Notes: generated by a model not told the origin, from the sequence alone. 53,461 nt of DNA from Candidatus Moraniibacteriota bacterium (GCA_023229615.1 JALNYX010000002.1:8797-62257); one strand, 5' to 3'; positions 35,013 to 44,294 are shown, counted from the stretch's first letter. Translations and numbers: made by a program.

Positions 35013-35912
35013 CTAGTAATTATTTGGATTTTTCCATACGCTAGGAACTTGAGGGGTACTCTTTTCTTCCTTAGACACATTGCTTTGCGCCTGTCCAATT
35101 CCTTTTTGAAATGTTTGTAAAATAAATTTAGACAGAACAGACGTAATAACTTCAGGCGTATAATTAGCTGATGAAATCATCTCAAATGCCATAGCCATAC
35201 TTTCTTCTTTAAGAGATTTTACCGTTGATCCGGGAGTAATTGTCTTTCCATTACTTTCGACACCTTCATATCCTCCTCCGACAATCGCCTTTATTTCAGC
35301 TTCTTTCTCTTTCTTTCTTTGCTCCTCTATTATATTCGTCTGCAATTTCAAAGCACTTCCCATCGGATTAGTTTCTCTGAGCGCACTAAACATTCTCCAT
35401 CCAGCAGTTCCCGACAAAGAAGAAGTTGGATCCCCGATAATTTCATCGATAAAGGAATTTTTCTTTACTGAACTATTGCTACCTATTACCTGACTTTTCG
35501 CATATTCAGTTAAATAACGTGAGTAATTAAAATCTCCACTATTTGAAATATAATTAACCCTGGAATTTTTCCCACCAACAGAGGCTGAAATCAAATCATT
35601 TGTATATAAAGCAATCTCATCTCTGGAAGCATCGAAAAGATATTCATCCCAATCTTGAATTATAAGAGAACCTCCGCGAGAAGATCCGGAAAGCAAGCTA
35701 TCTACCTGATCATTAATCATTTCCGCTGCCGCCTGCTTCAAAGTGCCGAGAACCGCCCCGTGCATTTCAAACGCCATTTCATCAAGCATTTGACCATAAG
35801 CAAAACCAACTATATCCGGCCATGCTACCGTAGCACTGGATTTGTTAACAGAAAATCCAAAAGATACAATACTGATAACTCCCACTATTGCTAATTTAAA
35901 TCTCAATTTCAT
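35013..35912 (-). CDS. secreted protein, hypothetical
   Basis: 299 aa. Signal peptide MKLRFKLAIVGVISIVSFGFSVNKSSA. No recognisable motif. Confidence 0.6.
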   Translation of the reverse strand: MKLRFKLAIVGVISIVSFGFSVNKSSATVAWPDIVGFAYGQMLDEMAFEMHGAVLGTLKQAAAEMINDQVDSLLSGSSRGGSLIIQDWDEYLFDASRDEIALYTNDLISASVGGKNSRVNYISNSGDFNYSRYLTEYAKSQVIGSNSSVKKNSFIDEIIGDPTSSLSGTAGWRMFSALRETNPMGSALKLQTNIIEEQRKKEKEAEIKAIVGGGYEGVESNGKTITPGSTVKSLKEESMAMAFEMISSANYTPEVITSVLSKFILQTFQKGIGQAQSNVSKEEKSTPQVPSVWKNPNNY

Positions 35913-35916
35913 CTTT

Positions 35917-36903
35917 TTACAAATTAATTGGAAGGGCCTGGATACCCAATTCTGAAAATTCGCTTTCTACTTCTTGCGTAAAATCAGAAACTAAAGTCAA
36001 CAAACCTTCAACCTTGGAAAGATTGGCTATTGTTTCAATTGGATCGCTAGAATCCGGCTTAACTTCATCCCCCAAAGACACGGCATATTTCAATATCTTT
36101 AATCCTTTTATGTGCAACTCCAAAAAATTTTCCGGAACCTCTATTTCCTGCAATTGATCCATTGATCCTTCGGCTTTGCCTGCTAATTCTTCGAAATACG
36201 AAACATTAGAAAGAGATGTGGAAAAAGTTTCCACTTGACTCATAAAATCATTAGCAAAAGTCTTAATATCTTTTTCACTAGAAATACTATAAGGAAGATT
36301 ATTTATCGCCAAATAAGATACTGCTGTCAAATATTCAACTGCATCCTCCTTTTCTCTTTCTTCTCTTTTTTCATCACTCAAACTTGAATAATTTTGTTTT
36401 TTTATTTTAATCAAACTTTCATCCACATCAGGGAGGTCTTCAAAAGAAATTTTTGAATTCAACGTATTTTGAACTAATTCATCAATATCTGCCAAGTTCA
36501 CATTTCCATCACCAGAATTTGCATTTGAGATCAAACTTGCAACACCTGCTGACAATTCTTGTGTAAGATTTTCATTCACAGCAACTTCTTGTTCTCCGCC
36601 CACACCCTCTGTTTCGAGTTTGTTACTACTGCTAACAATCTTATCTCCAGGAGCAGGCTTAAGCGGATCATAACCGCTCTTCAATTCTATTCCATCAGAA
36701 TATCCATCCATATCAGTATCGGGAAGATTCGGATCTGTTCCATATGCCAATTCTTCCTGATCGCTCAATCCATCTTGATCAGAATCTGCAAATATATTCT
36801 TGTTAGAAGAAGAATTATTTTGCGCTATCGCATGAACAGAAAAACCCGCTACAACCAGCGCCACAAATATTAACAATGTTGTTTTTATTTTTTTTATTTC
36901 CAC
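35917..36903 (-). CDS. secreted protein with thrombospondin type-3-like Ca-binding Asp repeats, hypothetical
   Basis: 328 aa. Signal peptide. DSDQDGLSDQEELAYGTDPNLPDTDMDGYSDGIELKSGYDP. Confidence 0.65.
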   Translation of the reverse strand: MEIKKIKTTLLIFVALVVAGFSVHAIAQNNSSSNKNIFADSDQDGLSDQEELAYGTDPNLPDTDMDGYSDGIELKSGYDPLKPAPGDKIVSSSNKLETEGVGGEQEVAVNENLTQELSAGVASLISNANSGDGNVNLADIDELVQNTLNSKISFEDLPDVDESLIKIKKQNYSSLSDEKREEREKEDAVEYLTAVSYLAINNLPYSISSEKDIKTFANDFMSQVETFSTSLSNVSYFEELAGKAEGSMDQLQEIEVPENFLELHIKGLKILKYAVSLGDEVKPDSSDPIETIANLSKVEGLLTLVSDFTQEVESEFSELGIQALPINL

Positions 36904-37028
36904 TTTTTTTTATTTTAACAAAGTCTTACTTTTATTATACATCATTTTGAATTATACAACAAAATACAATGCAAGCAAATACCTTGATTTAATATACAAT
37001 TTAAGATAAATTAGAATTAACCAAAAAT

Positions 37029-38666
37029 ATGAACAAAATAAGCCAAATAATCGAAAAAATAGAAAACTATCCGACAAATTTCAATTCCTGGAGTATCTCC
37101 TTGCTGGGGATTATCAGCTTGAGAATCTTAATTGAAAATTGGCTGGGCAATTTTAGCACCGACAGCATTTCTTATTTCTTCTTTCATGCCTCTTACAACT
37201 TCTTATTTTTTATTTTTGCATATATTCTCTTTTCTATACTGATAAAATTACTCATAGAAAAAGATTTAAAAAAAATATCCAACTTTTTACTTTTTGGATA
37301 TTCAATCATTCTTCTTCCTCCATTAATCGATCACATAATCTCGCGCGGTCATGGATTTTTCAGTTTTTACGGATTATACGGGTTTTCTGAACTCATAAAA
37401 AGATACTTTACTTTTTTTGGAGACAACCCAGAAATTGGAGTTACCTATGGAGTAAGAATTGAAATTGCATTTTCAGTCCTATCTATCTTTTTTTATAGCT
37501 ATATTAAAACAAGAAAAATCAATAAATCATTAATCACTCTCATTGCGACTTATACAGTTTTTTTCATTCTAGCAACCTTCCCATCTTGGATAACTCTTGC
37601 CATAAAAGGAATTCCGAGCGGTTTCTTATCAATAACCGAATTATCCATTGCTCAAATGTTCCTTTCTCCGGCTAAAATATTCAATCATGAAATTGGAACT
37701 TTTATCAATGCACTGAGTGTAAAAATGAGCATCATTTATTCGCTTCTTGCTCCCATAACCATTTGCATCGGATTCTATTTTTTCCAAAAAGAAAAATTAA
37801 TTTCATTTTTAAAAAACACCAGGCCCCCACAACTCTTATATCACGGCGGCCTTTTGACTCTAGGAATGGGTTTAGGTATGTTATTTACCAATCCTCTGTG
37901 GGATATAAATTTTTTTAACATCTTAAGCTTTTTCGTATTATTGGAAGCAGTTTCCTTCGCCTGGATATCCTCCTCGGTTGTTAATGATATTTTCGATCAA
38001 AAAATAGACGAGATATCCAACAACCAACGTCCTCTCGTAAAAAAGATTATCCCAGTAAATGAATACAAAACAATCGGAGTGATTTTATTCATTTTTTCGA
38101 TATGGTTTTCACTCCTGATTAACGCCAAAGTAGCCATACTTTTAATTGCCTATCAAGCCTTGGCGTGGGTATATTCAGCGTGGCCACTTAGATTAAAAAG
38201 ATTTCCAATCATAGCGACATTTATAAGCTCTGTGGCTTCCACTCTTATAGTTTTTTCCGGATTCATAGTGTCATCACCAAAACAAAATATTGAAAATCTT
38301 CCTTTTTCTATTATTCTTTTACTCTTGATTTCCTATACCATCTCTCTCTCATTAAAAGATATCAAGGATATTAAAGGCGACAAAAATGACGGGGTTTTTA
38401 CTATTCCGGTTATTTTCGGTGAAAAATGGGGGAAAATTATTGTCGGTAGTGGAATTTTCATTTCCTATCTTCTGAGTGTTTTCTTCCTCCGCGAACCGCG
38501 CTTGTTTTGGTGGGCAATCCTGTTTGGAGGAATTTCTTTTTGGATTATCAATTATTCTTCGTTGGATGAAACAAAAAAAATAAACCACCGCAACCTCCCC
38601 TGGTGGATTATGGCTCCTTTGATTTTTTACGGATCAATATTGATAAAAATTATTTTTATCCAATAA
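37029..38666 (+). CDS. UbiA-family prenyltransferase fused to an extra N-terminal polytopic domain
   Basis: 545 aa. The C-terminal half has NDIFDQKIDE (NDxxDxxxD) and KDIKDIKGDKNDG Asp-rich motifs. The N-terminal approx. 300 aa has about 8 additional TM helices. Confidence 0.75.
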   Translation: MNKISQIIEKIENYPTNFNSWSISLLGIISLRILIENWLGNFSTDSISYFFFHASYNFLFFIFAYILFSILIKLLIEKDLKKISNFLLFGYSIILLPPLIDHIISRGHGFFSFYGLYGFSELIKRYFTFFGDNPEIGVTYGVRIEIAFSVLSIFFYSYIKTRKINKSLITLIATYTVFFILATFPSWITLAIKGIPSGFLSITELSIAQMFLSPAKIFNHEIGTFINALSVKMSIIYSLLAPITICIGFYFFQKEKLISFLKNTRPPQLLYHGGLLTLGMGLGMLFTNPLWDINFFNILSFFVLLEAVSFAWISSSVVNDIFDQKIDEISNNQRPLVKKIIPVNEYKTIGVILFIFSIWFSLLINAKVAILLIAYQALAWVYSAWPLRLKRFPIIATFISSVASTLIVFSGFIVSSPKQNIENLPFSIILLLLISYTISLSLKDIKDIKGDKNDGVFTIPVIFGEKWGKIIVGSGIFISYLLSVFFLREPRLFWWAILFGGISFWIINYSSLDETKKINHRNLPWWIMAPLIFYGSILIKIIFIQ

Positions 38667-38700
38667 AAAAACGGGGGTCTGCAAAAATTCGCAAATCCCC
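38664..38700 (-). terminator. intrinsic terminator of the 182-aa/65-aa cassette
   Basis: Reverse strand GGGGATTTGC-gaattttt-GCAGACCCCC followed by GTTTTTTT. Confidence 0.55.
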
Positions 38701-38779
38701 GGAATATTCCGTTATTACCACCCTTCTACTGCCATTTTTCTCCGTCGCCAAGGGCTTAATATCACACTCACTGTTATTT

Positions 38780-38977
38780 CTACGAAAATATATTAGGAAA
38801 AAGGGACTTGAAAATGATCCACAATATAGTCCCGTTTAACATATATATTGCCTGGGTAATTGGGTCAACATGTACACCATGAAAATTGTTAATGGATGCT
38901 GTGACTACTGGGGAAACAATGAGTGAAATAATTAGAAACACGACTACTCTTGTTTCTGTACTCATATTCTGAAGCAT
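38780..38977 (-). CDS. small hydrophobic protein (65 aa), hypothetical
   Basis: ATG 38977 is preceded by AGGAGG (38990-38985) at 7-nt spacing. N-terminal TM/signal VVVFLIISLIVSPVV. Overlaps the upstream ORF by 16 nt. Confidence 0.5.
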   Translation of the reverse strand: MLQNMSTETRVVVFLIISLIVSPVVTASINNFHGVHVDPITQAIYMLNGTILWIIFKSLFPNIFS

Positions 38978-39510
38978 AATTGATCCTCCTTAAACCGACT
39001 ATTGAGTCTGATTAATTTTGCGTAATCCTTATCGAAAAATGCTTCGCTCATTTTTATTAAGAACTCCCGCAACACTTCTTCGGAGGAAAGCGTCATATTT
39101 TTCAGCAAATCACTTTTTTGATGGGGTACATAAGTAAAAAAGAATAATATCTTCTTCATTAAGCCTTTGCTATCAGGAAGTTCATGCGGCCTTCCAATTT
39201 TTAACTTCAAAATTTCCTCTATTGTTCGTAGTGTCCAAAGATCAAGATCTTCTTTGCTTAAAGCTTTACAACCCCATCCAGCGGCTCCAAATTGTGCCAT
39301 GAGTCGTAGGTCTTTCATGGCCAATAAAATCGCCAAATTCGCAGCCAATACTGGATGCACCACGCCATGACTGCAAAGATCTGATAAATAAAGTTTAACA
39401 TTTTCCTTACCGCCTAAACACATCCAGCTTCCAATAAAACATGGGTCAATTAGTTCAAGTATTGATTCTACTTTTTCTTCTTCACTTTCTTTTGAGACAA
39501 CATTACCCAT
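38962..39510 (-). CDS. hypothetical cytoplasmic protein (182 aa), no recognisable domain
   Basis: ATG is preceded by AGGGGG. MGNVVSKESEEEK... helical, Cys/Trp-containing. No motif I can name. Confidence 0.6.
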   Translation of the reverse strand: MGNVVSKESEEEKVESILELIDPCFIGSWMCLGGKENVKLYLSDLCSHGVVHPVLAANLAILLAMKDLRLMAQFGAAGWGCKALSKEDLDLWTLRTIEEILKLKIGRPHELPDSKGLMKKILFFFTYVPHQKSDLLKNMTLSSEEVLREFLIKMSEAFFDKDYAKLIRLNSRFKEDQLCFRI

Positions 39511-39663
39511 AGCTAACCCCCTTGGTTGCTAAATTTTTAAAAAACTTTCATTGTTCTGACTATATAAATTAGCACACATTCAACGGTTAATCAACAGTAT
39601 GTCCTAAAATACGACCTCGGATTTTAAATTTATAATCCAGATTTTCTTTAATTCAAGCCTATA

Positions 39664-39711
39664 TTGACTATACAATTGATGTGTGATATACTGTTGTCAT
39701 AAATAACAACA
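39664..39711 (+). promoter_or_regulatory. sigma70-like promoter plus inverted repeat upstream of the TrmB-like regulator
   Basis: TTGACT (39664-39669), 17 nt, TATACT (39687-39692). IR TGTTGT (39692-39697), N8, ACAACA (39706-39711), just before the ATG at 39714. Confidence 0.5.
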
Positions 39712-39713
39712 CT

Positions 39714-40466
39714 ATGAATACTAATCAGGTTTTGAAAAATTATGGCCTTAGTGATGAAGAAACGCGGTTGTATTTGGCTGGTTTGAAATTAGGTGAAGCA
39801 CCTCTGGCAAGAATCGCCAAAGATGCCGGCATCAAAAGAAGTTCGGCCTATCTTATCGCCAAAAACTTGTCCGAAAAAGGTTTGATGGGTAATTTCAAAT
39901 TGCCCGACGGAATGCGCTTTGTCGCCTCTCCTCCTTCGCTTTTGGCAGAACAAGCCAAAAAGAAATTATCTGAAATAAATGAAATTATTCCGGAATTGAA
40001 AGCTATTCAAAAGAAATCCCAATTCAACCCAAAAGTAACTGTTTATGAAGGAAAAGAAGGATACATTGCAATTGCCAATGAATCCCTGAAAAAACCCGGC
40101 TCAATTGTCAGAAGTATTGGATCGCTCCAAAAAATTTACGAAATAGTCGGGCAAGAATATGACCATGATCATTACATGCCAGAAAGAATAAAAAATAATA
40201 TTCGAATCAAAGCGCTATATTTCAAAAAAGAAATTACGGAATTTTTTCCTTCAACTATTTTTACGTCCGAGAAAAATAATCAAGAATTGCGGGAAATAAA
40301 GTTCCTGCCGGAAAATTATGCCGATTCAACGCATATTTTAATATACCAAAACACCGTCGCTATTTTCACTTCTAAAAAAGAATTGATGGCTGTCAAAATT
40401 GAAAGCGAAGAAATCGCCAACAGCGAAAAAAATAAATTCGATCTGATTTGGAGCTTGCTAAAATAA
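39714..40466 (+). CDS. TrmB-family transcriptional regulator
   Basis: 250 aa. N-terminal wHTH ..YGLSDEETRLYLAGLKLGEAPLARIAKDAGIKRSSAYLIAKNLSEKGLM.. is typical of TrmB. Confidence 0.8.
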   Translation: MNTNQVLKNYGLSDEETRLYLAGLKLGEAPLARIAKDAGIKRSSAYLIAKNLSEKGLMGNFKLPDGMRFVASPPSLLAEQAKKKLSEINEIIPELKAIQKKSQFNPKVTVYEGKEGYIAIANESLKKPGSIVRSIGSLQKIYEIVGQEYDHDHYMPERIKNNIRIKALYFKKEITEFFPSTIFTSEKNNQELREIKFLPENYADSTHILIYQNTVAIFTSKKELMAVKIESEEIANSEKNKFDLIWSLLK

Positions 40467-40598
40467 AAACTGCCTTAATCAATATTTAGCAATTGCAATA
40501 TTTTGATTATGCTTTATAAAATTCAAGCATAAAGTGAAAGTCTTCATAAAAAATCTTTGCGCAAAAATATATGATTAAATACCTATTTAAATAGATAT

Positions 40599-41456
40599 TT
40601 AAAATATTTCTAACAGTTTTTTCCAATCTTCCACTGAAAGTTCCTGCGCCCGGACTGTTGGAAGAAATCCCAATTGCGAAAGTATGCTTTCGATTTCTTT
40701 TTTATCTTTATGCAAACTATTGGAAAGATTGTTGGCCAACGTTTTTCTCTTGGCGGAAAACCCCGCTTTCACAATCCGAAAAAACTTTTTTACCTCTTCA
40801 TTATTCCTGCTTCCTGCTTCCTGATTCCTGATTCCTGAAATTTTTATAACCGCGCTATCCACTTCCGGCGCCGGATCAAAAGCTTCCCTTGGAACTTCAA
40901 AAAGTATTTCCGCCTCAGCGTAATATTGCACGCTTGCTGCCAAAATACTCATCTGCCCAGGCTTTGCCACAATCCGCTCTGCTACTTCTTTTTGCACCAT
41001 CAAAATCATCTCACTCGGCGGATTTTCACTTTCCAAAAACAAACGGATTATTTTTGAAGTGATGTAATACGGAATATTAGCGATAACTTTATAACTTACA
41101 ACATCATTAACTTCTAATAGTTTATTTAGATTTATTTCCAGGATATCACCTGAAATAATAGCAGTATTATTTTTAAAATTTAAAATTGAATCATTGGAAA
41201 TTGATTGAAAATTGAAAATTGAAAATTGAAAATTTCCAGCTGTCTTTTTTGCTAATTCTCCATCTTTTTCCACCGCAATCACTTTATTGGATAATTGAGC
41301 TAACTCCTTAGTCAGAACTCCTTTCCCCGGTCCCACTTCCAAAACCACGTCATCACTTTTCAAGTCTGCCGCTTTAATAATTTTTTTTACAACATTTTCA
41401 TCCTTAAGAAAATTCTGTCCCAATCGCTCTCCCATAATTTTAAAATTAATATACAA
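40599..41456 (-). CDS. rsmA: 16S rRNA (adenine1518/1519-N6)-dimethyltransferase RsmA/KsgA
   Basis: 285 aa. LGQNFL, VLEVGPGKGVLT (SAM motif I), NIPYYITS. Contains two heptamer-array-encoded insertions. Confidence 0.9.
   Translation of the reverse strand: MYINFKIMGERLGQNFLKDENVVKKIIKAADLKSDDVVLEVGPGKGVLTKELAQLSNKVIAVEKDGELAKKTAGNFQFSIFNFQSISNDSILNFKNNTAIISGDILEINLNKLLEVNDVVSYKVIANIPYYITSKIIRLFLESENPPSEMILMVQKEVAERIVAKPGQMSILAASVQYYAEAEILFEVPREAFDPAPEVDSAVIKISGIRNQEAGSRNNEEVKKFFRIVKAGFSAKRKTLANNLSNSLHKDKKEIESILSQLGFLPTVRAQELSVEDWKKLLEIF
40804..40838. repeat. (TTCCTGM) x5 tandem heptamer array inside rsmA
   Basis: ttcctgc x2, ttcctga x3, read directly. The coding strand encodes SGIRNQEAGSRNN. 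Confidence 0.95.
41205..41232. repeat. (TTGAAAA) x4 tandem heptamer array inside rsmA
   Basis: Same unit and same orientation as the ileS array at 6640. The coding strand encodes NFQFSIFNFQ. Confidence 0.95.
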
Positions 41457-41485
41457 GATTCACTTGATTAAATAACAAAACTTTC

Positions 41486-41566
41486 GGTTTTCCGGAAAAA
41501 TGTTTTTTTCGTAGCTGTCCGTGTCCCTCGAAAGGACCGGAGAAAAAAATATTTTTCTGGAAAACC
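41486..41566. repeat. long imperfect hairpin (25-bp outer stem + inner GC stem), related to the 31318-31474 element
   Basis: GGTTTTCCGGAAAAATGTTTTTTTC (41486-41510) pairs with GAAAAAAATATTTTTCTGGAAAACC (41542-41566). There are two G-T positions. Inner stem TCCG-t-GTCC / GGACCGGA. Confidence 0.75.
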
Positions 41567-41599
41567 ATACGAAAATTATCCAAATGCACAGGTCTTAAA

Positions 41600-42592
41600 T
41601 TAATTCAGTATTTCTTCCATTTTAACATCCACCACTCCGGCTCCAAGCGAAGCAATCGCGGAAAATGCCGATTTATCCAAATCAATTATTCTTCCCGGAC
41701 CAAATGGTCCAACATCATTAATTCGAACAATTATCGATTGCCCGTTATCTTTACTGATTACCTTAACATAACTTCCCTTCGGAAGCCAAGGATTGGCCGC
41801 GTAATACCCGGTAAGCGAAGGAAATATGGATTTTAGCCGCGCAGGTTGGGCGTACCAACTTGCCAAACCCGTATGCACTTTTCCAATTTTTACAAACGTT
41901 CCTTTTTTGACAATTTCTTCCACTGGTTCTTGGACGATTTCAGTATTTTTAATTTTTCGGGAAATTTCCTTTCCATTGTGATACACCACCTCATATTCAA
42001 CTTTTTTCACTCCATTTTCCCCTTTTTGCATAATCTTTTCTTCTCTCCATCCCATATCTTCATCTTTTTCGGTAACTGTTTTAAATTTAATCGACTCATT
42101 TTCAATCTCTTGTTCAACATCAACCCGGGTTATTTCAATCTTCATCCCATCAAAAACCGGGCTTGAAGTCGGAGGATTAACAATGTCAAATTCTGCCAAC
42201 TTGATTCCATTTTCAGAAAAAAACTTATCCATATCGGAAAAAATAGTCGCATACTCACTCTTTTTATTTTCATCACTTACGACAACTTTTTTCGACCTTG
42301 CAATTGAAACCTTAGAATTAGAGAATAAGACCGACTCAACATTTGGAACGATTTGATCATCTGTCCCAATCTCCATTTTTTGCTCCGCTAAAAAATCCTT
42401 CACGATTTTTTCCTGCGTATATACATCAAAAATCATTCCGTCATCATTTACTGTTATTTTTTTTCTGCCATTTTCATCCCCCCGTATCACTTCATCATTG
42501 GAAAAAAATGCCTTGGCGCTAAAGACAAAACCAAGGAATAATCCGAAAATAATTAAAATTTTTAACTTATTTTTTTTCAACATACAAAACAT
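41600..42592 (-). CDS. secreted G5-domain / RlpA-like double-psi beta-barrel cell-wall protein
   Basis: 330 aa. Signal anchor. G5-like middle (..MQKGENGVKKVEYEVVYHNGKE..). C-terminal GLASWY...GSYVKVI..GQSIIVRINDVGPFGPGRIIDLDKSAF. Confidence 0.75.
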   Translation of the reverse strand: MFCMLKKNKLKILIIFGLFLGFVFSAKAFFSNDEVIRGDENGRKKITVNDDGMIFDVYTQEKIVKDFLAEQKMEIGTDDQIVPNVESVLFSNSKVSIARSKKVVVSDENKKSEYATIFSDMDKFFSENGIKLAEFDIVNPPTSSPVFDGMKIEITRVDVEQEIENESIKFKTVTEKDEDMGWREEKIMQKGENGVKKVEYEVVYHNGKEISRKIKNTEIVQEPVEEIVKKGTFVKIGKVHTGLASWYAQPARLKSIFPSLTGYYAANPWLPKGSYVKVISKDNGQSIIVRINDVGPFGPGRIIDLDKSAFSAIASLGAGVVDVKMEEILN

Positions 42593-42654
42593 AAAAAAAT
42601 ATACTCTTGCGATTTCATATGGATTAAGCTGGGCTTAATCATAAAACGGCGAAC

Positions 42655-44205
42655 TCACTCCGCTTTAAATCGATATTGCACCGCCTCGGCAATGTGGTCT
42701 TTTTCAATATTATCAACTCCCGCCAAATCGGCAATAGTCCGCGCAATTTTAATCAAACGAAAATATGAGCGCGCGCTAAGTCCCATAGAAGAAACTGCTC
42801 CTCGCAAAACATCCTTGCATTGCTCATTTAAAACACAAAACTTCTTGATTTGCCTGGCTCCCATTTCACTGTTAGTGATTTCCTTTGATTTTTCAAATCT
42901 TTTTTCCTGAATTCTTCTTGCGCTTTCCACTCTTTTTCTGATAGATTTGCTTGATTCTCCCCTATTTTCATCTTCCAATTTTTCAAAATCAATTCTGGGA
43001 ACTTCAATTTGCAAATCAATTCTATCCAAAATCGGTCCGGATATTTTTCTTTGATACCTTGATATCTGAGAAGGAGTACAGGAACATAGCTTTCCCGGAT
43101 CGGTCGCATTTCCGCAAGGACACGGATTCATCGCCGCCACTAGAATAAACTGAGCCGGAAATTTCAAAGTTCCTTTGGCTCGCGACACAGTAATCACCCC
43201 GTCTTCCAATGGCTGACGCAAACTTTCCATCACATTTTTCGGGAATTCAGCAAATTCATCCAAAAACAAAACTCCACGATGCGAAAGACTGATTTCTCCC
43301 GGTTTTGGATATGTACCCCCTCCTACCAAAGAAACGGCACTGGCACTATGATGGGGAGATCGAAAAGGCCGTTCCAAAACCAATGGATTATTTTTGCTCA
43401 ATTTTCCGGAAATAGAAAATATTTTTGTCGCCTCAAGTGCTTCCTTCATTGTAAGCCGCGGCAAAATAGAAACCATAGTTTTTGCCAAAAGACTTTTTCC
43501 TGATCCAGGAGGACCATTAAGAATGATATTATGCCCTCCGGCAGCAGCAATTTCCATTGCTCTCTTGGCTTGTTGTTGACCCTTAACATCTGCCATATCA
43601 TATTCACTTTTATAATCCAAGAATAAATCTTCAATTTCAGCCGGAGGAAATTCACTCACAATTTCTTCTCCGATCAGATGATTGGCAATTTGAAAAAGAC
43701 TACTGACCGGAATAATTTTTATTCCCTTTACCACGCTTGCTTCCTTGGCATTTTCGCCAGGAACATAAAGCTCCTCAAATCCTTTTTCCTTTGCCATCAG
43801 AGCAATCGGCAAAATTCCGTGTACCGCGCGCACTTTTCCATCAAGTGCCAATTCCCCGGCGAATATTTTCTTGGAAAAATCAAAATTCAACTGATTTGTC
43901 GCCATTAAAAAACCGACCGCAACAGGAAGATCATAAATCGGACTGATTTTAGGCAAATCAGCCGGAGCGAGATTAACCGTAATTCTTCCACATTGATGAG
44001 GCGGCTTGAATCCGCTATTTTTAATAGCACTGGAAACGCGATCGCGCGATTCTTTAATAGAAGTGTCCGGTAATCCCACGATCGTAAATTGATGCAACCC
44101 TCCGGAAAGTACATCTACCTCCACTTCCACCACTTCACTATCCAGTCCAATTGTAGCTGCTGAAAATACTCGAGATGGCACTTTTTTAAAAACTCTAAAT
44201 TTCAA
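42655..44205 (-). CDS. comM: YifB/ComM family Mg-chelatase-like AAA+ ATPase
   Basis: 516 aa. Lon-like N-domain, Walker A GPPGSGKS, VLFLDEFAEF (Walker B), C-terminal ..IAEAVQYR. Confidence 0.9.
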   Translation of the reverse strand: MKFRVFKKVPSRVFSAATIGLDSEVVEVEVDVLSGGLHQFTIVGLPDTSIKESRDRVSSAIKNSGFKPPHQCGRITVNLAPADLPKISPIYDLPVAVGFLMATNQLNFDFSKKIFAGELALDGKVRAVHGILPIALMAKEKGFEELYVPGENAKEASVVKGIKIIPVSSLFQIANHLIGEEIVSEFPPAEIEDLFLDYKSEYDMADVKGQQQAKRAMEIAAAGGHNIILNGPPGSGKSLLAKTMVSILPRLTMKEALEATKIFSISGKLSKNNPLVLERPFRSPHHSASAVSLVGGGTYPKPGEISLSHRGVLFLDEFAEFPKNVMESLRQPLEDGVITVSRAKGTLKFPAQFILVAAMNPCPCGNATDPGKLCSCTPSQISRYQRKISGPILDRIDLQIEVPRIDFEKLEDENRGESSKSIRKRVESARRIQEKRFEKSKEITNSEMGARQIKKFCVLNEQCKDVLRGAVSSMGLSARSYFRLIKIARTIADLAGVDNIEKDHIAEAVQYRFKAE

Positions 44206-44294
44206 ATTTTAAAATCTAACTTATTTAAAAAATATCCTAAAATTAGACATTAAATCTGAACTAGACTTAAAAATTTAAGCTTTATCCTTTTCTA

